DNA of 53,176 nt, the filler included, from Sphacelaria rigidula (lineage: Eukaryota): the NCBI GenBank assembly GCA_964200075.2. It is 3 parts of 3 records of this genome, joined end to end, with 100 filler letters (N's around TTAATTAATTAA, not from the genome) between each part and the next. Parts side by side here need not be neighbours in the genome. Positions count along the whole stretch, not along the records: positions 17,762 to 35,421 come from CAXNAA020001019.1; 2 more parts are not named here. One strand, given 5' to 3'. The notes under the pieces were generated by a model that was given only the letters and a program-made list of their open reading frames with translations, searched no databases and was not told the DNA's origin. Both the position numbers and the translations under genes were made by a program. The first letter of the stretch is position 1. Each line of letters begins with the position of its first letter. This document shows positions 24,501 through 35,521 of the stretch, piece after piece.

Positions 24501-27500
24501 CGGTGAAATTGTTTATCACACCATTCTCAATAGTGGAGAGCGACTGCACACAAAAGTCGACTTGGCGATCAACGAGGGAAAGGACTCGCTGAACGCCTCT
24601 CTCGATAGAAAATATGGCAAGAACCGCAGAATGTAGGTGGAGTAGTAAAACAAAAGAAAACGCGAAAAAAACTCCTGTGTTGGCGTTCCTCTTGTGTAAC
24701 TCCGGCTGATGCGCCCACGTATACCAAAAGGCGTAGACTGGCGTCCAGAACAGATGGGATAACAGAACAAACACAGCACAATCATTGTCCAGGGTGCGAT
24801 ATATTGCAGAAATAATCGCACTCTTTGGTCAAGTCAAGAGGGCATTTCGACACATTTGATCACTGGCACGGACCTGAAAAGACCATGTGGCGCGCTAGGC
24901 ATCACGGGTTGAGTAAAACACATTCGCGTGCGCATCTTAGTCCATACTCTAAATAGAGCGGTCGCAGTAGATGGCCGCAACCTTTTCCTTTCCCACAGCC
25001 CTTAGTTTTCTATGACTGGGTATGAGTGTGGTTCTGGACAAGACCTTTTTCCGCCGAAGCATGTGGCAGAGGCCGACCATTTCTTTTCTTTTCCTTTTAT
25101 ATATTTATTTTCTTTTCATGACTTAGTCTACCATGTTGTTCCGTTTTACCTTTGCTGTTTCTTCTTTTTTTCTGGAGGGAGTGTTTCAGTTTTGTTTCGT
25201 CTCGGGTACGTCTTTCATGTGACCACGGCTGGATCCCTTGGAGGTCAGTCAAAGTGCGATAATCAATCAAGCAATGTTGTAGGTGAAGCTACTCCCGTTA
25301 AGATAGCGGACGGAAGAAGTTTTGCGATACAACAAGATCCCGGGGCTCGTCTGTGGAGCGTAACGATACCCTTAGGCACGACGCGGATGGCGGCTCCTTT
25401 GTCCGAGACCCTTCGCTGATATTAGAATGTTATGACTGTCACCGCTCGCACATTCACTCAGGTTCTCAAGTGTCACGACAATGCCAAGAGACTACGACGA
25501 TGTCGGCAGTTTCAAGAGGCCAAGAAATGGGAAAAAATGGCCCGGGATCTCGACAAGAAGCACGACGTGAGTGCTTTGAAAAAACGTCTTACGAGTGTAG
25601 GCTTTATTGCAAGTTTTAACTACGTGGTGTCACCTTCAAATGACGGCAACATCTCGGAACTTTCCTCGTTACTGACTGGAAAAAAAGCAGATCCTTCAAC
25701 CGCCTTCGTAATTGATCGTCCCTGACGGAGCACCAGAAATATTGCGGCAGGATCGAACCGTAACTAGACGTATTTTGCATTTTAAGAGGTGAAACGTATC
25801 GAGGCATCATGAGTATCTGCGTTTTTTTTTCCTCTTTCAATTCCATCCCTCCTCACGGGTTCTTCTACATTTTGTGTGCGTGCAGCTTGAATGGAGGAAG
25901 ATGGTGATCACATCTGTGACAAAGAACGAGTGGGGAGCGGGCAACGGTAGCAAGGTGGAGCTGTTAATGCGGAAGCACTGCTTACAGCGACAAGCGTTAC
26001 AGCAGGCCCATCGCAACCGGTGTGTCTCGAGTACCGGGAGGTTTGCAACAATTGCACCATACACCGATTGTGTGACAGTCGCGACATTCGCATGCGCCCA
26101 TTTGCTGCTACATATAAGCCTGAATATTCGTTCCCTGATGGAGGGCCCGTGAGGGGTTAGTTTGCTTGGTATATTCCTAGCTTGGACGATCGTGTAAACG
26201 ACACACACCTTGTCAACAGGTCGACTTCCGTGATTAAGGCCCAGCACATGCTACACTGCACAGTAAGATTTTGTGGCGGTCAACGCCGGTGTTTTTTAGG
26301 GTACAATGAAATGTATAAGAATGACGTATTTTATATTAATACCAAATGCCAGTTTTACTAGTCTTCAATCAAGGTGAGAGTATTCCTCCGACTCAATGAC
26401 TGCTCGAGCCCTTTTCGTGATACACAACTTCTTGCCCTCCGTAGGGCTTCGCTGCTCGACCGTGCTTGTGAGTTCAAGCTAAAGACTCTGAGGAGCGCGT
26501 TAGGGGCTGAAGAATTCAAGCTTAAGCGACGCGCACATTTTGCTCAGAAGCAAAGAATTCTGGACGCACGAGACATGCTCACGGCGCGCAGACGGCACGC
26601 AAAGTGAGCTTTCTCCACTGCCAGCTATTGTTGCTATGAACATGCTGATAGGAGTATAGACGGATACTCTGAACACGGTGACGGAAACCATACCTTCAAA
26701 CCTCCAAGCGCAAGGCAGTCCACTTCACTCCATATGACCAATCCTGTTGCAAATGAAACGCTGCTGTCGCCGGCTTCTTGGAGAATTACCAAATAATGTA
26801 CATGCGGCGACAGATACCATTTGCCAATACACTGGTGACTTTAGCGCTGATAAGGAGACAAGTACGTCAATATCCTATCCATCTGTACCCCAACACCACG
26901 GTAACACTCGTGAACGCGCCCTTGCTCTGCTCGAGTATCGGAGGATCAACCGAAAACGGCCGCGATCTTCGTTTCTACAGGATATCATCTGAAACCCGTA
27001 TCGTGTGTTCAACTTATGGGTCCCGCGACTCTCCTCACCTGCTCTCGAATGTCTGCTGGTCTTCGCTGGTCGTAGATTGCTCGAATCGCGGATGCAGGAC
27101 GGCATCGAAGTTTCGAAGAACATGTTTAAGGCAAGCAGGAGACTAGTTGAAATTTCCCAGCTAAAATTCTTCGAGAGCACAAACTTCACACAAACATTGG
27201 ATATATATTGCCAAGGGGACGATTTGATAAGGAAGCAGTGGACCAACCGCTAGAAATAAAATACAGAAAGCCAAGGCCATAGTTGTGTCTCAGCTATGGC
27301 AGCAGTTCGTTAACGACTTAGCGCTTGCGATGCTTCACTAAAGCGTTGCTTGGCAAGAGCATCGGCGTATTTCCGCGTACAGTCCTGTGTGACCCCGGCT
27401 GGTGCGCCCACATATACCGGAAGGTGTAGACTGGCGTCCAGAATAGAGGGGACGACAATACACACACAGTTTGTGCGTCACTTGCCGCAAATGTACGACG

Positions 27501-30500
27501 TCACGGCAAGCCCGAGATAGTACCTCGAACAATATGGCCTGTGATGACTGCGGTAAGATTGAACCATTCCCTTTTCGTTCCATGCTTTCATGATTTCTAC
27601 TGCAATGTATATATTCAACACCGTCCGAGACGAAGCGCCTCAGCACTATACATCCGTATGTGTGTCCCCACGGTAATCAGGACAAACCGATCGAAGGCGA
27701 CGCGGACATCGATTGGAAGCCGCCGGCGTTCTCAGGGTTGATCAATTCGGAAAGCATCTTCGATTCTTCAGGGCGACCACGTAGGGGTACACCTGATATT
27801 TGCACAAACGGGTATTGCAACTCTTCTGCGACACTACACCTCTAGATACGAAACATTCCACAGAGTGTTTAGAATGCAACACCTGCAGTCTCTAATGCTA
27901 TCCTCAAGCGAGAAGCCAAATCTAGTTACACCTGAGCGCGGCAACTCAACCCTGTGCGGTATGCCGAGCTGGCTTTTTTCATCTGTCATTCAAAACAACA
28001 AAGCAGGAGCCACCCCAACTGCTGCATCTACTGCTCGCCGTGAAGGGAGCAACGTGCTTTTATGAGGCCAAACGTGACACCTCAAGTAATTGCTACTTCA
28101 GGCTGCAATACGTGTCACTACGAGATGCCAATCCCGACACTTTCAGCATCATCAGCGATAGCAGAGGAGCTAAAACAACACTGGGTGCTCTGTTCACCTT
28201 TTTTGGGGGGGGGAGGGGGGGTATTTCGCCAGCGTTTCCCCGCAGCTGCGCAATATCTGGTGTTGCTTGGTGTGATCTATTTCTTCATATTTTGAAGCCG
28301 CAGGACTTCTAACATGACAACGCCGCAATATGCTGATATTGCAACATGCTACTGTATTCTCGAAATACTGTACCACAACTACAACACGGGATACACCTGA
28401 GACCAGCAGCGCTGCGGAAGTAGACATAACGAAGTTTTGTTCAAAATCCGAGGCAACTCGAAGTATTATGTCCCCTACCCCACATGGGTGGGGATGAATA
28501 ATGGGGAACCAGGCAGGAAAGATGGATAAAGGGATGGCTACACTACAAGCACAAGGCGGTGACATCGTTAGTAGTTGAAGGAGAAGAGAGGAGCACTATT
28601 CTAGTAGAGCACTACCGTAGACAAGGAGCCCCAAAAACTAACAAGAAGATTGACACGGAATTCGATAACGAAATCAGCGCATCGGCAGCGGCAAATGTAG
28701 AGGCATCGAAACTAGAGGATAGTGGCTCCAACGAATTGCAGAGATATTTCACAATATATTAAGTGAATGAGTGTGTAGCTAAACTAATGAACAGAAAGGC
28801 AGCAGGGGCAGACGAAATAGTGAATGAATTTTTTAAGTACGGGGGAGATGGAATGGTCACCACACTGGTTATTCTGTACGTTGGATATCGGGAAACGAGT
28901 ACACATCCGAGAAGTGGAGAGAAGGAGTGCTAGTGAACCGTTTTGAGAAAGGAGACAAGGCTATCCCAGCCTGGAGTAAGGTGCGGTAGCGTAGTCGAGA
29001 AAGTGTAAAAGGACATGGGAGAAAACCAAGACGAGCTGATGTCCACTGGTGAAGATGGCGGGTACAAGACAGAAGTAAGAGATGATCAAAATAATGCAAA
29101 AAGAAGCGCTAAGACGGAACGTAGACGAGGAAGAGTACCTGGAGATATACGTGGAGTTGAGAGAGGGGGTAGGGGTGAGGAGATATCCGCATGGCCCAAT
29201 GGATTCCGCGAAGAAATTGAAACTGCGATATCGGGTGGGAGAACTGGATCTGCCAGAAAGGAGGAAGATATATACCAGAAGTCGAGCGGAGGAGGAAGTA
29301 GGTGCACAACATTGCCCCTGTGGCAAAGCAATAAGAGTAGAACTCGTAGAGTGGCAGAATGTGCACTACACAAGGAGGAACGGGACGTGCTATAGGAGGA
29401 AATGTGGGAAGTACACGAAGGTGGCATGAAAACGCTTGGTAGGAGATAGATTAGACAGTAGACAGGAAACGAGCGCTATGGTAGGAGATAGATAGCCACA
29501 TACGGCGATCAGGAAGGGGACAAAGTACGCAAGAGGTGTTTCTGTAATGTATGGAAGAAACGTAATGGAACACCCAAATGTTGGAGGTGTCTCTATTAGC
29601 AGTAGGAACGGTGCTCCGTATCGCAAGGGATGCGTGGTCAATGGCCAAACGAATAAGGCAAGCAAGCAATGAGTACGCCCCCCCCCTCCCCCCCCCCATG
29701 CGCCGCTGAATGACGCAGGTGCGTCTAGTCATGGCAGCCTTTGTAAGCAAGACAGCAGAGAGGTTGTCGCTGTGCCAATCCAAGCGAGGAAAACATCCGG
29801 ACTCAGGGGCGTGCCGAGCGCAACTGAAACTACAGCCGAGATTAACCATCTACACTCGCGGTGGGACAAACCTGGCTCTCAGCTTTACTCTAACCCTACC
29901 ATGGCCTTCGTCCCGGATCCAAGCTATGCGCTCGGAAACAGCGGCTACGGCTACGGCTACGGCGCCGTGATGAACAGTACAAGCTATTCACCAACTCCAC
30001 CTACGAAACGTCGATCGAGTAACAAATCGAATGCACGCAGGCGGCGCTCTTCGTGTAGTTTGAGCCACAGGAAGCGTTCCAGCGGTAGCAACCGGAGTTT
30101 CGCGGATGAGGTGCGTTCATCGACCTATGACCTCGTAGGGGAACGAACTGACGCTTTTTTCTTGGAGTTGAAAATAACTACAAATTGAAAGAGTTCAGTC
30201 AAAGCCTGGTATAATTAGGATCAACGTTCACACAGCAGTCACTGCACTGCTGACATCGGGGCGTATCTCCGGGAGACGAGGTTAGTTCGTATGTGTTCCA
30301 AGTACAGATTTTATAGCGAAGAATTCGATTATTTTCTCTGACGTTCTTAGTTCCTACACGGCGAGAGGAAATATTACATGCGTATTTCTTACATAGTTCA
30401 ACTTTCAGTCATATACAAAGTTTTGAATCCTGCGCGAGCAAAGCGTCAAGTTTTTGTGGTGTAATTTCGATTTTTTGTACGCATGTAAATATTTGTATTT

Positions 30501-33500
30501 GGGAGCTGATTGAAATGAATTACCATAAACTACACCACACGTCTATGTTGGCGTCATGGAATGCCATCATGATATTTGCGTGAAAAGTGATATCGTGCTC
30601 TAACAATAGAACTAGCATCATGGAAGTCATGTTTATTGCTGGATAATGGACACTTTCTGCGATAGCCCTCCCCAAAAGTGCCTGGTTTGGGGAGGCACAA
30701 TCTTCACGTAAATCGAAATGGAAAAAGCCGAGCACAACGAGCAGCTGCGAATTCCAAGGCGGCCGTTCTCGCCAATGTCGCCAATATGAGGCGCTTCATG
30801 CAATCTGAACCCAAACATGAGGGGCTGTATGGCCACTGTTTTCGTGACGTTTCTGGGCTGGTTTTGGGGGCCGGCTATCGTGAAAAGTGTCAATCGTTCT
30901 TTTTAAAAAAATGAGGTCGAATGACTGTGATGCCCAAGTTTAGATTCTGAAAGTCGATCTTCCGATGCAAAAACAGAACAGAAGCAAAAGGGAGGCAAAC
31001 GACAGAACACAGCAGCGAGAGTTCATCGATGGCGGGTTGCCTTGAGAAGTATCAGAAACGCCACAAGTTCGTAGCTTGAAAAATGTGCATCGTTTGGCCT
31101 CATACGCGAAAATATTGGATATTTGTTCCGTTCCCGGTAGCCAACTTCAGTCGAATTCGTTACATATTGGATAGTAGCGGGCTTGAGCTGTAAACTTCTT
31201 CGCGTGTTGCATAAACTTCGAAGCGTAACTTTCTGAAGAAGAGATTACCAGCACAGCGGAAGCTTCCAGGGCATACTTCTGTCGCGGGGAGCGTGGTCGT
31301 TTGTTCGCCCCGATCTCCAAGTGCAGCAACTTCCCCGCTGCTTGTCCTCATCGAAGGAAGCATGGTAGCCCACGTCGGTTTTCTCTCCAACGAAACTCTG
31401 GCAAGAGCCTGTCGAAGGCTTTCCCGGGATTATAGCTAGATCTCAGCCTGGCGTCTGAGTTTGTTCGCTTTGTTCGTTTTCCCTGCTTTTTCCCTTCTAT
31501 AATCTTTCTTGTCGTTCCCATGGCGGAGGTTTCGGTCCAATTACTCAAGATATAGCGGTATTTTCATCACGGTGGATTCGTAGTTGAGCACCTTATACAC
31601 GACAACCAATCAAGCATATCTCTCCAGGATATTTCTCCAGTTCCGCGCTTCTCCTCCCTCTTCATTTCGGCTACATACACACCGTGGGTTGGCGCCTTCC
31701 GACGATGTACAAGTAAAAACAACCGACAGCAGACAAGAATGATTGCGATCCTCGTGAGCATAGTGGGTGTATACGAAACCGATTTAGAGAGAGAATTTGA
31801 AGCTTACGTCAAGATTGATACTGCCGTTGATCGACTGGATGGATCATCGCAGGAGTGTTGATTCTGCCCACGGATAAACGATCTCAAGTCCGTACAACAC
31901 GACCGTACAGTAGTATACGAAGTAATGCACACGACACGAAATATGATACTCGAGATACGGGAGATTCGCAACACCGTCTCGGTGAGCCAATATCCTCCGT
32001 AAGACCGAGCACATAAAGTCTTGCAGGTTACCAGGCAATTCCATTGATAGGTGTCAGACGGTGACCGACTATTGTTAGCTTGTTTTTCTTGTATAGATGG
32101 ACTTCTTGAGGTACGAGCGCGCTCCCTTGCCTGCACTCAGGGGTCACGTCTTGCACTTGTATCACTTGATTGGTGTGGCCTCACTGCACGGTCGATAATA
32201 GACTATGACAACCCCATTGACGAGCTTGTCTACCGAAGGCGTCGTTGGGAAAAAGTGCATGCATGTCATCTTCCCGACAAAAATTCCACAAAGCTTCACG
32301 CGAGCGCACGGCTTCGATTCCTCGAAGAAATCTACTTCGACATCGTTCGGCTTGCCAATACCACCACCCCGCGGACCGCTTCAAATGCACTGTTGCCAGC
32401 ACCAGGTACAACAACCGAACGTGACCCAATCCATGACGCCCCTCACGAGCCCCATAGAAATACCTCTGAGCCTCTCCAGCTTTAGACTGGGTGCTACTGA
32501 CAAGGTGACGAAGGTATTGGACGATGCTGCACCTGGAGTTACGGCCCTCCTGATGTCTGGGCGAGATGAACAAAATCGTCAACGACGGGGCAAAGAGGAT
32601 ACGAGCTGGCGACCTGGGCAAATGTACGATGGCGCGGGGAATATCTGTGGCGAGCGGTGCGGGAAACGGCAAGTGGAGAGTGATTTCGACGGGAAAATTG
32701 GGGGGCGGTATCAGCAACCCACAAGAGTTGAGTTAGAAGGTCATAGCGACCTGTATCGACTGGCCAGACAAACGACGGTCGACGTGAAGGAAAAATGCCA
32801 CGTTGGCGGTGGAGGATCGAATACACCAGGCACAACGATAGCGACGAGTTTTGCAGAAATAGCGACCAGCAAGGTCGCCCTCCCCGCTTCAACAAAAAAT
32901 GAGGGTGGAGAGCCGCAACTGGGGTCCACCTTGTCAATGCGGGAGAACCAAACCCTCCCCGCGCAACAGCACCCACTGATGGGGGTCGGCGTATCAAACA
33001 TTAACGAGTCTGATGTTTCCAGCACCATTGGTAGTGGACATATTTTTCGGCCACAGCCGCACCCATCTATAGATCACCCTTCGGGTTGCACCCAGCCGCG
33101 GTGTACGAAAAGAGGAGAAGCCAAGGGCGACACCCCGGGACCCAGTGCTGTAAATGTCAGAACGCAGCAAAACGAGAAAATGGAAAGTAGACAGACAGCT
33201 ATGCTGCGCCACGGTGCGACGAAGGAGGAGGTGAAAGTAGATGGAAGCGATTATTCCTACTCCACCGATTCATGCTCGGCCGGGGACGGACCGCCCAATG
33301 CACGCGATTCCACCCCTATAAGCAAGCACGCTGAAGGAGGTTTCTCCACAAGAAATGAAGACGTTACAAACGCCCTGCATGGGGGAAGACGAGAGGAGGA
33401 ATCAGTACAGCAAATACATGGCGGTATTGCTGAGCAGGAAAACACAAGTGGAAGGTGCGAAACAAACCACGCAGGGGATGGAAAGAGGACAGGAAAGGAT

Positions 33501-33770
33501 GATTCTGCGCTGGAAGAGCTCGGGTGGAAATTAGTACTCTCCCTCCCGCCCTCATTTGAACCAGAGCCTAGAGAAGAATCATCACCTCTTGATCGAGAAG
33601 ATACGCCTCTGCGACAACCCGTGTTCATGTGCGGGCCGGATAGCGGTGGAGGGAGACCACGAATACCAGAGGGCCGACCGAGATTAGGTGACGTGGGCCT
33701 GGAGGATGTGGGGCACAACGCTGTACACACGCTTACACAGGTACTACGTTGCCACAAACATGGGCGTTAA
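18586..33770 (+). CDS. Uncharacterised multi-exon coiled-coil protein with C-x-C-x5-C-x-H motif and long low-complexity C-terminus (start and 3' connectivity uncertain)
   Basis: Phase-consistent chain of exons: 18586-18681?, 18799-18867?, 19459-19536, 20407-20544, 24146-24253, 25462-25566, 25886-26019, 26445-26603, 27076-27130, 27681-~27811, 29978-30110?, 32202-33770?. The middle exons read as continuous charged helical sequence. Confidence 0.65.
19155..19395. mobile_element. MITE family B copy
   Basis: ctacgatagccccgcc...ggggggcgatcgtag termini; body as 17866-18094. Confidence 0.8.
19459..19536 (+). CDS. Gene 2 exon ([26 protein letters not shown])
   Basis: tag acceptor, gtgagg donor, phase 0/0, coiled-coil composition. 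Confidence 0.65.
20407..20544 (+). CDS. Gene 2 exon (SNHQMREF...EVFELMEE)
   Basis: cag acceptor, gt donor at 20545, E/Q-rich helix, phase 0/0. Confidence 0.65.
21097..23820 (-). mobile_element. Degenerate RTE-clade LINE (reverse transcriptase pseudogene), 5'-truncated, in gene 2 intron
   Basis: Minus-strand fragments [70 protein letters not shown] (22505-22516, decayed YADD), [15 protein letters not shown], with frameshifts and stops. The 3' boundary is approximate. Confidence 0.9.
23823..23838 (+). repeat. Interstitial telomere-type repeat (GGGTTA)x2.7
   Basis: gggttagggttagggt directly at the RTE 5' junction. Confidence 0.75.
24146..24253 (+). CDS. Gene 2 exon (ASKRA...[12 protein letters not shown]...RTKE)
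   Basis: ttttctgttcag acceptor, gtgaaa donor, phase 0/0. Confidence 0.72.
24333..24798. mobile_element. MITE family A copy interrupted by a SINE
   Basis: cacaccctggacgatag...cattgtccagggtgcg; flanks atgtattg/atatattg (7/8). Confidence 0.75.
24452..24780 (+). mobile_element. tRNA-derived SINE (same family as 868-1223)
   Basis: accttctgacggttggatcgtgggttctaatctcgg head, shared body, CA-rich tail. Confidence 0.75.
25016..25274 (+). mobile_element. (CAAT)n-tailed retroposon fragment
   Basis: Shares both ends with 10229-10374 and its 3' part with 1740 and 49482. Confidence 0.75.
25462..25566 (+). CDS. Gene 2 exon ([13 protein letters not shown]...[17 protein letters not shown])
   Basis: cag acceptor, gtgagt donor, phase 0/0. 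Confidence 0.75.
25886..26019 (+). CDS. Gene 2 exon (LEWRKMV...QQAHRN)
   Basis: tgcag acceptor, phase 0/2. Confidence 0.72.
26445..26603 (+). CDS. Gene 2 exon (RASLLDR...ARRRHAK)
   Basis: Phase-2 acceptor matches previous donor; gtgagc donor, phase 2. Confidence 0.72.
27076..27130 (+). CDS. Gene 2 exon ([19 protein letters not shown]) with GC donor
   Basis: Phase-2 tag acceptor; AAG|GCAAGC donor. Confidence 0.6.
27378..27470 (+). mobile_element. 5'-truncated SINE copy
   Basis: cctgtgtgaccccggctggtgcgcccacatatacc...ccagaatag..gacgacaatacacacac. Confidence 0.75.
27681..27811 (+). CDS. Gene 2 exon ([23 protein letters not shown]...), 3' end uncertain
   Basis: cag acceptor in phase 0; several candidate donors between 27781 and 27812. 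Confidence 0.55.
28487..29697 (+). mobile_element. Internally deleted non-LTR retrotransposon (LINE) ending in a C-tract
   Basis: [22 protein letters not shown] and [15 protein letters not shown] (pre-RT region) joined to C-terminal KLRYRVG..CPCG....ECALH (CCHC-like); 3' end gagtacg + C-run. Confidence 0.85.
30649..30891. mobile_element. MITE family B copy (inverted)
   Basis: TIR gacactttctgcgatagcc / ggctatcgtgaaaagtgtc. Confidence 0.8.
32202..33770 (+). CDS. Long low-complexity ORF (521 aa from ATG 32205), probable terminal exon of gene 2
   Basis: By far the longest ORF in the window; S/T/G/E/P-rich with no recognisable domain; aatag acceptor ends 32201. Confidence 0.6.
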   Translation, partial: TMTTPLTSLSTEGVVGKKCMHVIFPTKIPQSFTRAHGFDSSKKSTSTSFGLPIPPPRGPLQMHCCQHQVQQPNVTQSMTPLTSPIEIPLSLSSFRLGATDKVTKVLDDAAPGVTALLMSGRDEQNRQRRGKEDTSWRPGQMYDGAGNICGERCGKRQVESDFDGKIGGRYQQPTRVELEGHSDLYRLARQTTVDVKEKCHVGGGGSNTPGTTIATSFAEIATSKVALPASTKNEGGEPQLGSTLSMRENQTLPAQQHPLMGVGVSNINESDVSSTIGSGHIFRPQPHPSIDHPSGCTQPRCTKRGEAKGDTPGPSAVNVRTQQNEKMESRQTAMLRHGATKEEVKVDGSDYSYSTDSCSAGDGPPNARDSTPISKHAEGGFSTRNEDVTNALHGGRREEESVQQIHGGIAEQENTSGRCETNHAGDGKRTGKDDSALEELGWKLVLSLPPSFEPEPREESSPLDREDTPLRQPVFMCGPDSGGGRPRIPEGRPRLGDVGLEDVGHNAVHTLTQVLRCHKHGR

Positions 33771-33879
33771 GATGGTGTAACAAAGCAGCACACTTGGGTA
33801 CTGGATAGTATGCAACAACAGTAGATGAGATTTAATTATATCGAATCGAATGAACATCACGTGCAAGTGAACAAACGGA

Positions 33880-34390
33880 ATATAGTCATACTGCGTCCAC
33901 GATGGATTTATTCCGGGGGAGCCACATGAGGGGAAAATTGCCGAAGACCCCAATCAAGTGAGAGATTACACAACATCCCAACCTTTCGCTTCAGTAACGG
34001 GTGACGCGTCTTTCAGTCACGGCAGCACAGCCCCCACCCCTGTTTAGACAAGGGAAAAATACCTACAAAAGTAGTACGGAGGCCTCTTCAAGCCACTCCA
34101 TTAGCTGCAGGAGTAATCCAGCGTATATGGGCAACTGTAAGGTGGACTGACCCTTTCTTCAACCCCCATATAGGGTACGGCGTGGCCGCCCAGAACTTCC
34201 TGTCTCCCAGAAATTGTTTGGACGACCACGTCAGTTCGACCGTTTTGACTTGAGGCCAAATAGAAACAATACGTCGAGAGCAGTGGGCATCCTGGCTCCA
34301 AGTCCAGGAAGGTACGTTCAGCACGTGGACCGACTTCAGTTAGAAATCTCTGCGCACGTCTCCCAGCCCAATCACTCGGTTTAGACTACG
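33880..34390 (-). pseudogene. Possible FNIP-repeat protein pseudogene
   Basis: Minus-strand fragments VHLTV...NGVA*RGLRTTF and NKSIVDAV* resemble the FNxxIxxVxWPxxLxxLxF repeat; stops and frameshifts; by-eye similarity only. Confidence 0.35.
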
Positions 34391-34807
34391 CCCCCCCCTC
34401 GCCACCGACCGAATTTTGGTTGTAGACGACTTTGGTGTGTGGTGCCCGCACTGAGAGATACGCCATCCCTTGGCTCAAACCAAAACTTTAGGGGACAAAG
34501 GGGGCACCAGTTACTAGACATAGTCAGACCTCTGGAACGGGAGGTGGTTCACGTGTTGAGTGTTGCTGCATTCGGGGCAAGGGTCTACGCTGCAATTGAG
34601 ATGTTGGTACGAGTTGACCGCGAGTCAGGAGGACCGAAATGATACGGGGAATCAGCAGAAGAGGGAGGAGCCTGAGTTTCGAAACGCCTGGTGAGCACGC
34701 CGCAATTCCCAGGGGGGGGGGGGGGGGGTGCAGAAAGTGAACCTCGCCTAAGAAAGTATTTGTGTGCGTTGGATCACCTACACAGATATTGGAGCTGGCT
34801 GAACAAG

Positions 34808-34960
34808 AGGGGACGTACTCAATCGTGGCTTGCCCTAGTCATTTAACAACTGACCACGCATCCCGTTGGAGAGGGAGTACCGCTCCTACTCCTATCAGAG
34901 ACACCTCCAACATTTGGGAGCTAACTGTTCTTTCATACATTACACAAAAGCCATTTACAG
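34808..34960 (-). mobile_element. Fragment of the C-tract LINE 3' end
   Basis: Reverse complement matches 29540-29681 (ccaaatgttggaggtgtctct..agtagga..gggatgcgtggtca..gagtacg). Confidence 0.75.
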
Positions 34961-35004
34961 ATCTTGCGAGCTGCGCCAGCCGAGAAGCGAATTTGTAGTT
35001 TACA

Positions 35005-35165
35005 GGCCCATTATACGGCCAATATTCAGATTTGAACCCTGAAACTTGGTGTGAACAATGAACAGGGCAAAATAAAAACAAATACCAGTGCACACATTTT
35101 TGTTTTTTTCATTGTCCATACCAAATTTCAGGGTCCAACTCTAAATATTGGCCGTACGATGGGCC
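35005..35165. mobile_element. Hairpin MITE (~58-bp arms)
   Basis: ggcccattatacggccaatatt..ccctgaaacttgg..acaatgaa pairs with ttcattgt..ccaaatttcaggg..aatattggccgtacgatgggcc. Confidence 0.8.
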
Positions 35166-35421
35166 GTTAGTACAGGGTCAGAAAAAATTCGGAACCGTAT
35201 TTTGCAGGCCACTTACCGGCCCACGTTTGGTGTTTGTGTACAGGCTGGGCCGGCCGCCTGAGAACCTCACTTTCTTTCAGCCCGTTCTAACTAACGATGT
35301 ATCGCGAGTTGTGCCTACTGTGACACATCATGGTAATCGGCAAATCAGCGCGCGTCTTCAAATCCATGTAGCACTGCGATCCGACAACGTCTCATCAAAC
35401 GAAATACCAAGCTGTACTCAA

Positions 35422-35521
35422 NNNNNNNNNNNNNNNNNNNNNNNNNNNNNNNNNNNNNNNNNNNNTTAATTAATTAANNNNNNNNNNNNNNNNNNNNNNN
35501 NNNNNNNNNNNNNNNNNNNNN
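35422..35521. other. Assembly gap with artificial TTAATTAATTAA spacer
   Basis: N-run with ttaattaattaa at 35466-35477. Confidence 0.95.

Noticed and set aside
33720..33770. [10 protein letters not shown] resembles [10 protein letters not shown] at 25447-25476
   Set aside because: Only about 10 residues, half of them intronic at the first site; best explained as chance.
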